Origin: Alkalilimnicola ehrlichii MLHE-1
GTDB lineage: Bacteria > Pseudomonadota > Gammaproteobacteria > Nitrococcales > Halorhodospiraceae
Direction of reading: 5' to 3'
Assembly: GCF_000014785.1 (NCBI RefSeq)
Contig: NC_008340.1
Location: 2,280,001-2,312,000, forward strand
DNA: 32,000 nucleotides
Below the pieces are notes generated by a model. It searched no databases. It had not been told where the DNA came from and saw only the letters and a program-made list of their open reading frames with translations. Below are positions 20,285-27,873 of this stretch, piece by piece (position 1 is the stretch's first letter; each line of letters starts with the position of its first letter). Both the position numbers and the translations under genes were made by a program.

Positions 20285-21400
20285 TTACTTCTCCCCCTCC
20301 TGGTCGGCGGTCTGTTCCCGGACCTCTTTCCGTTTATTCGCGGTATGCTTGGCCACACTCACCGCTGCGTGTGCGGCAACGGCGGCACCCACCACACCGG
20401 CCGCGGTCTTGCCGATGCGATCGGCATTGGATTCGATACCGAACTGGTGGATATTCGTCACCCGGTCATAGAAAGAGCCCTTGTCCCAGAAGCCATCCTC
20501 GGAACACCCGATGCACCCATGGCCGGACTGTATTGGGAACGAAACCCCGCTGTTCCAACGCATGGTGGAACAGGCGTTATAGGTCGTCGGCCCCTTGCAG
20601 CCCAACTTGTATAGGCAGTATCCACGACGGGCCCCCTCATCGTCCCACTGCTCGGCAAATTGACCGGCATCAAAGTGGGGGCGCCGATAACACTTATCGT
20701 GAATTCGTTGCCCATAGAACATCTTCGGTCGCCCCTGCCGGTCCAATGCTGGCAAGCGATCGAACGTCAGCATGTAGGTGATGACGCCGGTCATTACCTC
20801 AGCGATGGGCGGACAGCCCGGGACCTTGATGATTGGCTTGTCCCGGATGACCTTGTGGACAGGGACAGCCTGGGTTGGGTTGGGCCGCGCCGCCTGCACG
20901 CAACCCCAGGACGCGCAGGAGCCCCATGAAATGATCGCCTTGGCACCTTCCGCAGTGTGCTTAAGCTGATCCAGAAATGGCCGCCCGCCCACAACGCACG
21001 CCATGCCGTCGTGGCCCAATGCCGGGGTACCCTCTACGGCCAGGATGTAGTTTCCATGGTACTTCTCTATCGCCGCCTCCAAGGCGGCCTCCGCATCATC
21101 CCCCGCCGCGGCCATCAGCAGTGGATCGTAATCCAGCGAGATCATCGACAGCACGACGTCCTTGGCCAGAGGGTGGGCCGAACGGATGAAGGACTCGGAG
21201 CAGCATGTGCATTCCTGCCCGTGCACCCAAAGCACCGGGGTGCGGGGCTTGTTCTCCATGGCGTGGGCTATACGGCCGGCGAATTGAGGCCCCAGACCTA
21301 GAGCCGCCGCCGTAAGGCTGCAGAACTTCATGAAGCTGCGGCGCGTTATCCCCTGACGCCGCATGACATCGTAGAATGTTTCCATTGTTTCACCTGCCAT
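20285..21400 (-). CDS. hupS: Uptake [NiFe] hydrogenase small subunit, Tat-exported, O2-tolerant type
   Basis: Twin-arginine signal [10 protein letters not shown]; cluster motifs [23 protein letters not shown] and VPGCPPI; C-terminal hydrophobic anchor. Start could be the second ATG ([11 protein letters not shown], 21385). Confidence 0.96.
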   Translation of the reverse strand: MAGETMETFYDVMRRQGITRRSFMKFCSLTAAALGLGPQFAGRIAHAMENKPRTPVLWVHGQECTCCSESFIRSAHPLAKDVVLSMISLDYDPLLMAAAGDDAEAALEAAIEKYHGNYILAVEGTPALGHDGMACVVGGRPFLDQLKHTAEGAKAIISWGSCASWGCVQAARPNPTQAVPVHKVIRDKPIIKVPGCPPIAEVMTGVITYMLTFDRLPALDRQGRPKMFYGQRIHDKCYRRPHFDAGQFAEQWDDEGARRGYCLYKLGCKGPTTYNACSTMRWNSGVSFPIQSGHGCIGCSEDGFWDKGSFYDRVTNIHQFGIESNADRIGKTAAGVVGAAVAAHAAVSVAKHTANKRKEVREQTADQEGEK

Positions 21401-21496
21401 CCGTCTCTCCTCCTGTTTGCTTTCCCACCCTTATGGCCATCTGCCCTGGGCTGGGTTGGCAATTCTTCGGACCCGTCTTGTCGGGGTCTGATTTCG

Positions 21497-21524
21497 AGCG
21501 TCTCGCATTGACCGGATAGACGCT
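21497..21524. repeat. Inverted repeat AGCGTCT-N14-AGACGCT in the divergent intergenic region
   Basis: Perfect 7-bp arms at 21497-21503 and 21518-21524; lies between hupS and the candidate sigma-54 promoter. Confidence 0.5.
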
Positions 21525-21544
21525 GCGCTCCGGTAGGCCACTGG

Positions 21545-21562
21545 TTACAAGATGCACGCCAA
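21545..21562 (-). promoter_or_regulatory. Candidate sigma-54 (-24/-12) promoter facing hupS
   Basis: Minus-strand TTGGCGTGCATCTTGTAA has GG-N10-GT spacing against consensus YTGGCACGrNNNTTGCW; about 145 nt from the hupS start; an NtrC-type activator gene (hupR) is in the same locus. Confidence 0.4.
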
Positions 21563-21767
21563 CAGGGTGTTCAGGGGCCAAAAAAACGAAAAATCAGTGA
21601 CCTGAAGGTGCTACGAGAGGAGCTGCGGCATTATGTCTCTGGCAGGAACGCTCCCACTATCAGCCTGACGCCGGAAACTTTCCTGACACTTATCGGAGCG
21701 TCGGCTGCCCTGAGGCTGACACAATGCCGCACCCTGCAAGGGTCTCTCGGTTATTGGCATGAAACTT

Positions 21768-21796
21768 GTTATGAACATTCCAGGATTGATCATAAC
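21768..21796. promoter_or_regulatory. 29-bp near-perfect palindrome, candidate operator (possibly NikR)
   Basis: GTTATGAACATTCCAGGATTGATCATAAC: 12 of 14 symmetric pairs match around a central A; 7-bp perfect outer arms GTTATGA/TCATAAC; ends 15 nt before the receptor ATG (21812). Confidence 0.55.
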
Positions 21797-21811
21797 GACG
21801 GAGACCAATGC

Positions 21812-23818
21812 ATGTCGGGACAACTCCTCCGGGCCTACAAATGGGCAGAAGGCTGGGCTAACCCATCGGATCATTGGCCAGCGATCACCGGACTGCTTGG
21901 TGCGGTATTGCTTGCCTCAACCCCTGCCAGCGCATCTACAGCCGAATTGGACTCCGTCGTGGTGACCGCAACCCGCTCACCACACCCCTTATCGGAGGTC
22001 CCGGTGGAAACCCGCTTGCTGGATCGGGAGGCCATCGACCGAAGCCAGGCGCGCAATCTGCCCCAACTCCTGGGCACCTTGCCGGGGGTGTCCGCGAGCA
22101 ACCTGGACGACACCTTGGGGGCCGACAACTTGCGGCTGACGCTACGAGGGCTGCAACTCAACGAGGGTTACGGCCTGATACTGGTAGACGGGCGTCGGAT
22201 TCACGGTGGACTTGGCGCCCATGGCGATTACGGGGTCAGTCTCAACCAAATCCCCCTGTCTATGATCGACCGGGTTGAGGTGGTACGCGGAGCAGGCTCA
22301 GCCCTCTACGGTGCCGATGCGATGGCCGGGGTCATCAACATCATCACCCGACGCCCGGAGCGTGAGCCCACAGGCCGCGCCGGCCTGGGTGCAGGCTTCT
22401 ACGAAACGCTGGATCGCGACGATCGGGATGCGACCGGATCCCACCGGCGCGATGTGGATGCTCATGCCCTTTACAGCGGCCCGTTTGGCGAGGGGTCGAC
22501 CTTTCTGGTCGGGGGGCACCATCAACAGGACGAGGGCACCGACCAAACCGCCGCCACGACTCGCAAAGATACCGCCATGGGCCATTGGCAGACGGACCTG
22601 AACGACCACTGGTCCGCAACCCTACACGGCTACTTCGCCCGTGCCCGGCGCGATCATCACGGCCCGGAGGCCCGTCATGATCGCGCCTACGACGATGCCA
22701 GCCTGACCGCCGGATTGGACTATGAGCAGGGGCGACACAGTTTATCCATGGGTGGGTACCACTTCGACCAGGACTTCGAGACCGGCTACCCGGGTTTCGC
22801 GCACGGCTTTCGCGACGGGCGCGTGGGCTATCGTGAGGCCGATGTCCGCTATACCTACTTCGGCGAACGACACTGGCTGACCATGGGGGCCCAGCATCAG
22901 CGCCAAACCCTCGACTACCGCTTCCGGAACTACGCCGACGGCGCACTGGAAGACACCGTGCACGTGGACGAGCGTATCGACGTCAACAGCGTCTATGTAC
23001 AGGACGAGATCTGGCTACTCGGGCAGCGCCTGATTCTGGTCCCCGGAGCCCGCTACGAGGATCACGACACCTTCGGCAGCGAACTCAACCCCAAGCTGGC
23101 CGCGCGCTTGCAAACCGGGGACACAACCTGGCGGGCCTCTATCGGTCGCGCATTCAAGTCACCCACACTGCGCCAGCTCTATTATCAGGGGCTATACCGG
23201 CACGGCGACTACTACCTGGCCTCCAACCCCGATCTGTCACCGGAGCGGGCGATCAGCGCCAATCTGAGCGTGGAGCGCACGTGGCCGGGCAGCCGGGTCT
23301 GGACCGCCCTGGGGGTCTACCGTACCGAGTTGAAAGACCGGGTCACCCGGGCAGATACCGGCGAGACAACAAGCCAGGGCGACCCCATTCAGTCCTACAT
23401 CAATATCGACCGCTCTCGCATCGAGGGCATCGAAGCGGAAATGCGCGTCGGCGACAGGACCGGCTGGAGCATGGACGCCGCACTGGGCCTGACCCACGCC
23501 CGTGATCGGCGCAGCGGCGACTGGCTGCCTTATGTGCCGCGACACACCGCAAGCCTTACCCCGCGTTATGTCACCGCTTCGGGGCAGACGGGTATACAGG
23601 GGCGGATTAACGCCTACGGCAGACAATACCGCGATGCGGCCAATACCCGACGTATCAGCGCCCACCAAGTGGTCGATCTGGGGCTTTGGCATGACCTGAC
23701 GCCGGCCAGCACCCTGCGGCTGGACATCAACAACGTGTTCAATTCCGATCGCGGCGAGTCGGCCTTCGCCTTCCGCCAGGGCCGCCGCCTAGGTGCCCGT
23801 ATTGACGTAGAGTTCTGA
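21812..23818 (+). CDS. TonB-dependent outer-membrane receptor, probable nickel or nickel-chelate uptake
   Basis: Signal-like AITGLLGAVLLASTPASA, TonB-box region LDSVVVTATRS, plug motifs VPVETRLLDREAID, LRLTLRGLQLNEGYGLILVDGRR and VEVVRGAGSALYGADAMAGVINIITRRP, beta-barrel C-terminus ending IDVEF. Ligand inferred from adjacency to the Nik transporter. The track ORF starts at 21608. Confidence 0.9.
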   Translation: MSGQLLRAYKWAEGWANPSDHWPAITGLLGAVLLASTPASASTAELDSVVVTATRSPHPLSEVPVETRLLDREAIDRSQARNLPQLLGTLPGVSASNLDDTLGADNLRLTLRGLQLNEGYGLILVDGRRIHGGLGAHGDYGVSLNQIPLSMIDRVEVVRGAGSALYGADAMAGVINIITRRPEREPTGRAGLGAGFYETLDRDDRDATGSHRRDVDAHALYSGPFGEGSTFLVGGHHQQDEGTDQTAATTRKDTAMGHWQTDLNDHWSATLHGYFARARRDHHGPEARHDRAYDDASLTAGLDYEQGRHSLSMGGYHFDQDFETGYPGFAHGFRDGRVGYREADVRYTYFGERHWLTMGAQHQRQTLDYRFRNYADGALEDTVHVDERIDVNSVYVQDEIWLLGQRLILVPGARYEDHDTFGSELNPKLAARLQTGDTTWRASIGRAFKSPTLRQLYYQGLYRHGDYYLASNPDLSPERAISANLSVERTWPGSRVWTALGVYRTELKDRVTRADTGETTSQGDPIQSYINIDRSRIEGIEAEMRVGDRTGWSMDAALGLTHARDRRSGDWLPYVPRHTASLTPRYVTASGQTGIQGRINAYGRQYRDAANTRRISAHQVVDLGLWHDLTPASTLRLDINNVFNSDRGESAFAFRQGRRLGARIDVEF

Positions 23819-23843
23819 CACCGGCCGCTGCCAGGAGAGACCC

Positions 23844-24656
23844 ATGACCCAAGAACAACCGTTACCCCCACAAAGCGGTCGCCACCCCTTGCCTATCCGG
23901 GGCGTGATGGTATCTGCATTGCTCACAGCGCTGACCCTGCCGGCATTGGTCCAGGCGCATTACCCCTGGGCCGACCCAACAACCCACACCCCGCCCGGCG
24001 GGCAGCCACTCGCGCTGGAGGTGGGCTGGGGACACACCTTTCCAGAGGACAGCCGCCTTTCCGGGACACGCCTACAAGACTTGGTGCTGTGGACGCCGGA
24101 AGCAGGACAGAGAGCGATACCCATCGACCCCGGCGAACAGTTCCAGACACCGCCGCTGGGTCCGTCCGGCACCGGCCTGATCGGCATCTGGCAGACCCCG
24201 GGCTACTACAGCCGCACGCCGCAGGGCGGGCAACGGGCCAGCCGGAAGGAACACCCCGATGCCCTCTCCTGCAGTCGGTCGGTCAACAGCGCCAAGGCCC
24301 TGCTGGGCAGCCCACCGGCGGAGGCTTTGATCGCCGTGCGGCTGGACATGCCGCTGGAGATCATCCCCCTGCAGACACCGGAGGCCATTGCCGAAACCGG
24401 TGCACTGAAAGTGCGCGTGCTCTGGCAGGGCGAGCCCTACACCGGCCCAGTCGCTGCCATCCACGCCGAAACCCGGGGCGATGTCACCGACACCCCGGAC
24501 GCCATCGCCGATAGCGACGGTGACGGGTACGCCAAACTCACCCTGGACCGCCCCGGACGCTGGCTGCTGCACGTGCACGCCAGCACCCCTTACCCGACCC
24601 CCAACACCTGTGATGTCATTCAGTACAATGCCACGCTCACCCTGGAGGTCCCATGA
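23844..24656 (+). CDS. DUF4198-family periplasmic protein, NikK-like nickel uptake component
   Basis: Signal peptide ending ALVQA-HYPWADP, GQPLALEVGWGHTFPED and C-terminal GRWLLHVHAST; position at the head of the NikL/M/Q/O genes. Confidence 0.75.
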   Translation: MTQEQPLPPQSGRHPLPIRGVMVSALLTALTLPALVQAHYPWADPTTHTPPGGQPLALEVGWGHTFPEDSRLSGTRLQDLVLWTPEAGQRAIPIDPGEQFQTPPLGPSGTGLIGIWQTPGYYSRTPQGGQRASRKEHPDALSCSRSVNSAKALLGSPPAEALIAVRLDMPLEIIPLQTPEAIAETGALKVRVLWQGEPYTGPVAAIHAETRGDVTDTPDAIADSDGDGYAKLTLDRPGRWLLHVHASTPYPTPNTCDVIQYNATLTLEVP

Positions 24657-25111
24657 TCCGTGCCGGTCTGCTCCTGCTCCTGGCCCTATGGCTACCGGTA
24701 CCAGCGGCGGCCCATGCCCTGCTCAATGAGCCGGGACCGGAGGGGGCCATCACCGTGCTGTTTCACTTCCCCGGCAGTGAGCGCCCCTGGTTCGAACATT
24801 ATGACGTCCACGGGCCTGGCGACGACCACCCCTTCCAGACCGGTCGCGTCAACGCCCTGGGCGAAGTGAGCTTCCGGCCGGACCGCCCTGGAGAATGGCA
24901 GGTCCAGGTGACGACCGAGGATGGCCACGCCAGCACAGCGCACATTCAGGTGGACCCGGAGGGGGTGGTAACCCACCAGGCAGGCACCGGCAGCGGTCCT
25001 ATCAACCGGATCGTGGTCGCTCTGGGTTATCTACTCGGACTGTTCGGACTGCTCAACCTCTGGCAACAACAGAAGCACCGGCGATCCGGAGGCGGTCATG
25101 CACATTCCTGA
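24653..25111 (+). CDS. NikL-like membrane-anchored periplasmic nickel transport component
   Basis: Signal peptide (LLLLALWLPVPAAA-HALL), soluble domain, single C-terminal TM helix (INRIVVALGYLLGLFGLLNLW); ATGA overlap with the upstream gene and overlap with nikM. Confidence 0.65.
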   Translation: MIRAGLLLLLALWLPVPAAAHALLNEPGPEGAITVLFHFPGSERPWFEHYDVHGPGDDHPFQTGRVNALGEVSFRPDRPGEWQVQVTTEDGHASTAHIQVDPEGVVTHQAGTGSGPINRIVVALGYLLGLFGLLNLWQQQKHRRSGGGHAHS

Positions 25112-25751
25112 CGGCTTACTCGCCCCCCAAACCTACCTGCCCGCCTTTGCATTGGCCGCCCCCCTTTGGCTGCATGCCACCCGGAAGCTGCGGGGGACGC
25201 TCGACGAGACCCTGTTGCCCCGACTGGCGGTATTCACGGCCCTCGCCTTCCTCCTCTCCAGCCTCATGGTGCCCCTGCCTGGCGGAACCTCCACCCACGC
25301 CGTGGGTGTGGCCCTAATGGCATTAGTCCTCGGCCCCTGGACTGCCTTTCTGGCCTACACCCTGGTGCTGGTGGTCCAGGCCCTGCTGGTGGGTGCTGGC
25401 GGTATCACCGCCCTGGCTGCCAACGCGCTGCTCATGGGGTTCGTCGGGGCCTGGACCGCTGTGATACTGCATCGCTGGCTGCACCCTCTCCACGGAGACG
25501 CTGCCACCGGCGTCGCCGTCTGGGTCTCGGTGGTGCTCTCGGCAACCCTGATGGCCACACTCCTCGGCGTCCAGCCGTTGATTGCCCAGGACGAGACGGG
25601 CAGCCCGCTGTATTTTCCCTTCGGGTTAACGGTGACGCTACCAGCGGTGGTCCTCCCACACATGCTGCTGGCCATTGGCGAGGCGGTATTGACCCTTCTC
25701 ATTCTTCGTCATGCCCGGCACCGCGGCTGGATGGAGGCCCGCGCACTATGA
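25098..25751 (+). CDS. nikM: ECF transporter S component NikM (CbiM family)
   Basis: MHIPDGLLAPQTYLPAFALA start, GGTSTHAVG and multiple TM helices typical of CbiM/NikM. Confidence 0.9.
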   Translation: MHIPDGLLAPQTYLPAFALAAPLWLHATRKLRGTLDETLLPRLAVFTALAFLLSSLMVPLPGGTSTHAVGVALMALVLGPWTAFLAYTLVLVVQALLVGAGGITALAANALLMGFVGAWTAVILHRWLHPLHGDAATGVAVWVSVVLSATLMATLLGVQPLIAQDETGSPLYFPFGLTVTLPAVVLPHMLLAIGEAVLTLLILRHARHRGWMEARAL

Positions 25752-26308
25752 CTATGACCGCCACCTGGGGACTGTTCGCGTACCTTGCAGCAGTGGTCGC
25801 CGGAACCCTTCTCCACGCGCCGACCTCGCTGGCCAGCGCCCTGGTGGTCACGCTGGTGCTGTCCGGGCCGGGCCGTCTCGCGCTGCTACGCCGTGCGCTC
25901 GGCATGGTGGCGGCCCCGGCGCTGGTGATCAGCGTCGGTTACGGTGTGATGACCCTAATCAGTGGCGCACCGGACTGGGTCTACCTGCTGCGGATCAACC
26001 TTCGCCTGACCCTGCTGACCGTGCTCACCGCCTGGATGCTACGGGATCTGGACTTGGCGGCGGCGCTGGCCCCATGGCCAGGCGCCCGCCGTTGGCTGGG
26101 CCTCGTGCGCATCCAGCTCGCGCTGTTCCGCCGTCTCGGCCAAGAGGTCCGACTGGCACAACGCAGCCGACAACGGGCCAAGCCTCCCTTGCGCGAACGG
26201 TACCGGACCGGGGCCGCGCTTGGCCTGGCCGCGCTTGACAAGGCCATGCATAACAGCGAGGCCCTGACCCAGGGCATGCGCTCGCGGGGCGTCTTCAATG
26301 AGCGCTGA
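25748..26308 (+). CDS. ECF transporter T component NikQ/CbiQ-like
   Basis: Hydrophobic protein with C-terminal coupling region (EVRLAQRSRQRAKPPLRERYRTGAALGLAALDKAMHNSEALTQGMRSRGVFNER) typical of the CbiQ/EcfT family; start overlaps the nikM stop (ATGA). The in-frame upstream part of track ORF 25166-26308 is not coding. Confidence 0.87.
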   Translation: MTMTATWGLFAYLAAVVAGTLLHAPTSLASALVVTLVLSGPGRLALLRRALGMVAAPALVISVGYGVMTLISGAPDWVYLLRINLRLTLLTVLTAWMLRDLDLAAALAPWPGARRWLGLVRIQLALFRRLGQEVRLAQRSRQRAKPPLRERYRTGAALGLAALDKAMHNSEALTQGMRSRGVFNER

Positions 26309-27056
26309 CCATCACCCAGGCACCGACCCGACGAGCCAGACGCTCTACGCATTAACGGGGGTTGCGGTCCGCTATCCTGGGGGGAGGGTCGCGCTCAGAG
26401 AGGTCGATCTGCAGATCACCGCCGGTGAGCGGATAGTCCTGCTGGGCACCAATGGCTGTGGCAAAAGCACGCTGCTCAAGGTGCTCAACGGTCTGATTCC
26501 TCCCTGCGAGGGCAGACTCTGCTTTGAGGGTAAGCGGATGGGCCCGGCGCTCCGGGATCGTGACTGGGAGCGGGCCTTTCGTCGTCGGGTGGCCCTGATG
26601 TTCCAGCATCCAGAGGCCATGCTGTTCAACCCGACGGTCGCCGAGGAGATCGCTTATGGGCTGGGTCATCTGACCCGGGAAAGCCGGCGGAGACGCTGCC
26701 AGACATGGGCGAACCGCCTGGGTTTGGCCCACCTGCTGGATGCTCCACCGTCACAGCTCTCCGGTGGGGAGAAGCAGCGCCTCTGCCTGGCCTGCCTGCT
26801 GGCACCGGAACCGGAGGTGCTCCTCCTGGATGAGCCCACCGCCAACCTGGACCCACGGACCACGGGCTGGCTGCTCGAGTGGCTGGCCACTCAGGCAATG
26901 ACAACCGTGGTGGCCACCCATTACCTGCCCAGCGCCTCCGACCTGGGCGAGCGGGCCATCGTCCTCGGAGAAGATCACCGGGTTGTGTTCGACGGCCCTG
27001 TGAAGGCCGCGTTGGCCGACCGCGCCTTGCTGCTCGCCAACAACCTCGCCTACTGA
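26298..27056 (+). CDS. ECF transporter ATP-binding subunit NikO/CbiO-like
   Basis: Walker A LLGTNGCGKSTLLKVLNGL, Q-loop LMFQHPEAMLFNPTVAEEIAYG, signature LSGGEKQRLCLACLL and Walker B VLLLDEPTANLDP. Confidence 0.94.
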   Translation: MSADHHPGTDPTSQTLYALTGVAVRYPGGRVALREVDLQITAGERIVLLGTNGCGKSTLLKVLNGLIPPCEGRLCFEGKRMGPALRDRDWERAFRRRVALMFQHPEAMLFNPTVAEEIAYGLGHLTRESRRRRCQTWANRLGLAHLLDAPPSQLSGGEKQRLCLACLLAPEPEVLLLDEPTANLDPRTTGWLLEWLATQAMTTVVATHYLPSASDLGERAIVLGEDHRVVFDGPVKAALADRALLLANNLAY

Positions 27057-27097
27057 ACGGCAGACGGCCCTGGCGCAATGGGGTGGCTAACACGCCC

Positions 27098-27298
27098 TCA
27101 GTTAGGCGGCCCCGGCGGCTCCTCACTGCGGTCGGAGAGGAAGAAGTACATCCCCACGCCGGCCAACAACACCCAGAGCACCAACACCCCCACCCCCAAC
27201 CGCTCCCAGAGCGGCCCGACGAACAGGAGCACGAGTACCGACAAGCCGAGAAAGAGGTGGCCCAGGGTCATGTGATGTGATGTCTTTCCATCCGCCAT
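27098..27298 (-). CDS. Small two-helix membrane protein of unknown function
   Basis: MADGKTSHHMTLGHLFLGLSVLVLLFVGPLWERLGVGVLVLWVLLAGVGMYFF; a GGAG 5 nt before the ATG at 27298 supports this start rather than 27322. Confidence 0.65.
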   Translation of the reverse strand: MADGKTSHHMTLGHLFLGLSVLVLLFVGPLWERLGVGVLVLWVLLAGVGMYFFLSDRSEEPPGPPN

Positions 27299-27299
27299 A

Positions 27300-27782
27300 T
27301 CAGCTCCGTAACGAACTTTCATGGTCCAGCAGCCAGCGTTTCAGGGCCAGCGAGCCCTCCCGTCCGACACCTGCGCTGAACCCGCCCAATCCCTGCCGGG
27401 CAACCACCCGATGGCAGGGGATGAGAAGGAGCAGCGGGTTGGCCGCGCAGGCCCCACCCACGGCGCGGGGCGCACTGCCCAGTCGCTCCGCCAGTTCCCC
27501 GTAGGTCTGGCTTTGCCCCGCTGGAATAGTGCGCAGAAGCGACCAGACCCGTTGCTGATAGGGCGTACCTGATGGGGCAAGGGGAAGATCCAAGGGCGTA
27601 CGCGGGTCGGCAAACCAAGCGCTCAAGCGCGTGCAAGCCCGCTCCGCCAGCGGGTGGCGGCACGACTCCGAGTGCCCGTCAGCCCCTTCGACCCAGGCAA
27701 CGCCGTTCAAGGCCCGGTCATCACCACTGAGGACCAATCGGCCGATAGGCGTCTCCAGCGTACAACGCCAAGGGGACGTCAC
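27300..27782 (-). CDS. ogt: Methylated-DNA--protein-cysteine methyltransferase
   Basis: Active-site IPCHRVV, GTPYQQRVWSLLRTIPAGQSQTYGELAERLG and C-terminal SAGVGREGSLALKRWLLDHE. Confidence 0.92.
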   Translation of the reverse strand: MTSPWRCTLETPIGRLVLSGDDRALNGVAWVEGADGHSESCRHPLAERACTRLSAWFADPRTPLDLPLAPSGTPYQQRVWSLLRTIPAGQSQTYGELAERLGSAPRAVGGACAANPLLLLIPCHRVVARQGLGGFSAGVGREGSLALKRWLLDHESSLRS

Positions 27783-27873
27783 GTGTCATACTCCGCCGGC
27801 AAGGCACCAGCCCGGGCCAACACCGCCTGGGCGGGCGCACCCAATGCGCCTCGGTGGCCTGTCCTGACAGGCT

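Noticed and set aside
21731-21743. Short inverted repeat ACCCT-GCA-AGGGT in the divergent region
   Set aside because: Only 5-bp arms with a 3-nt loop, no T-tract or known motif; could easily occur by chance.
21497-21812. HupR/HoxA enhancer sites (TTG-N5-CAA) upstream of hupS
   Set aside because: I looked for this motif in the intergenic region and found no exact match, so no activator site is claimed.
25166-25747. In-frame upstream part of the NikQ ORF (380 aa track ORF)
   Set aside because: It lies within nikM in another frame, and its translation is Arg/Pro/Gly-rich with no motif; the CbiQ-like sequence begins at MTMTATWG (25748) with an ATGA overlap.
27857-27872. GCCTGTC-CT-GACAGGC hairpin just after the ilvB stop as a terminator
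   Set aside because: Seven complementary pairs, but only a 2-nt loop if fully paired and no U-tract on the minus strand; cannot be called a Rho-independent terminator with confidence.
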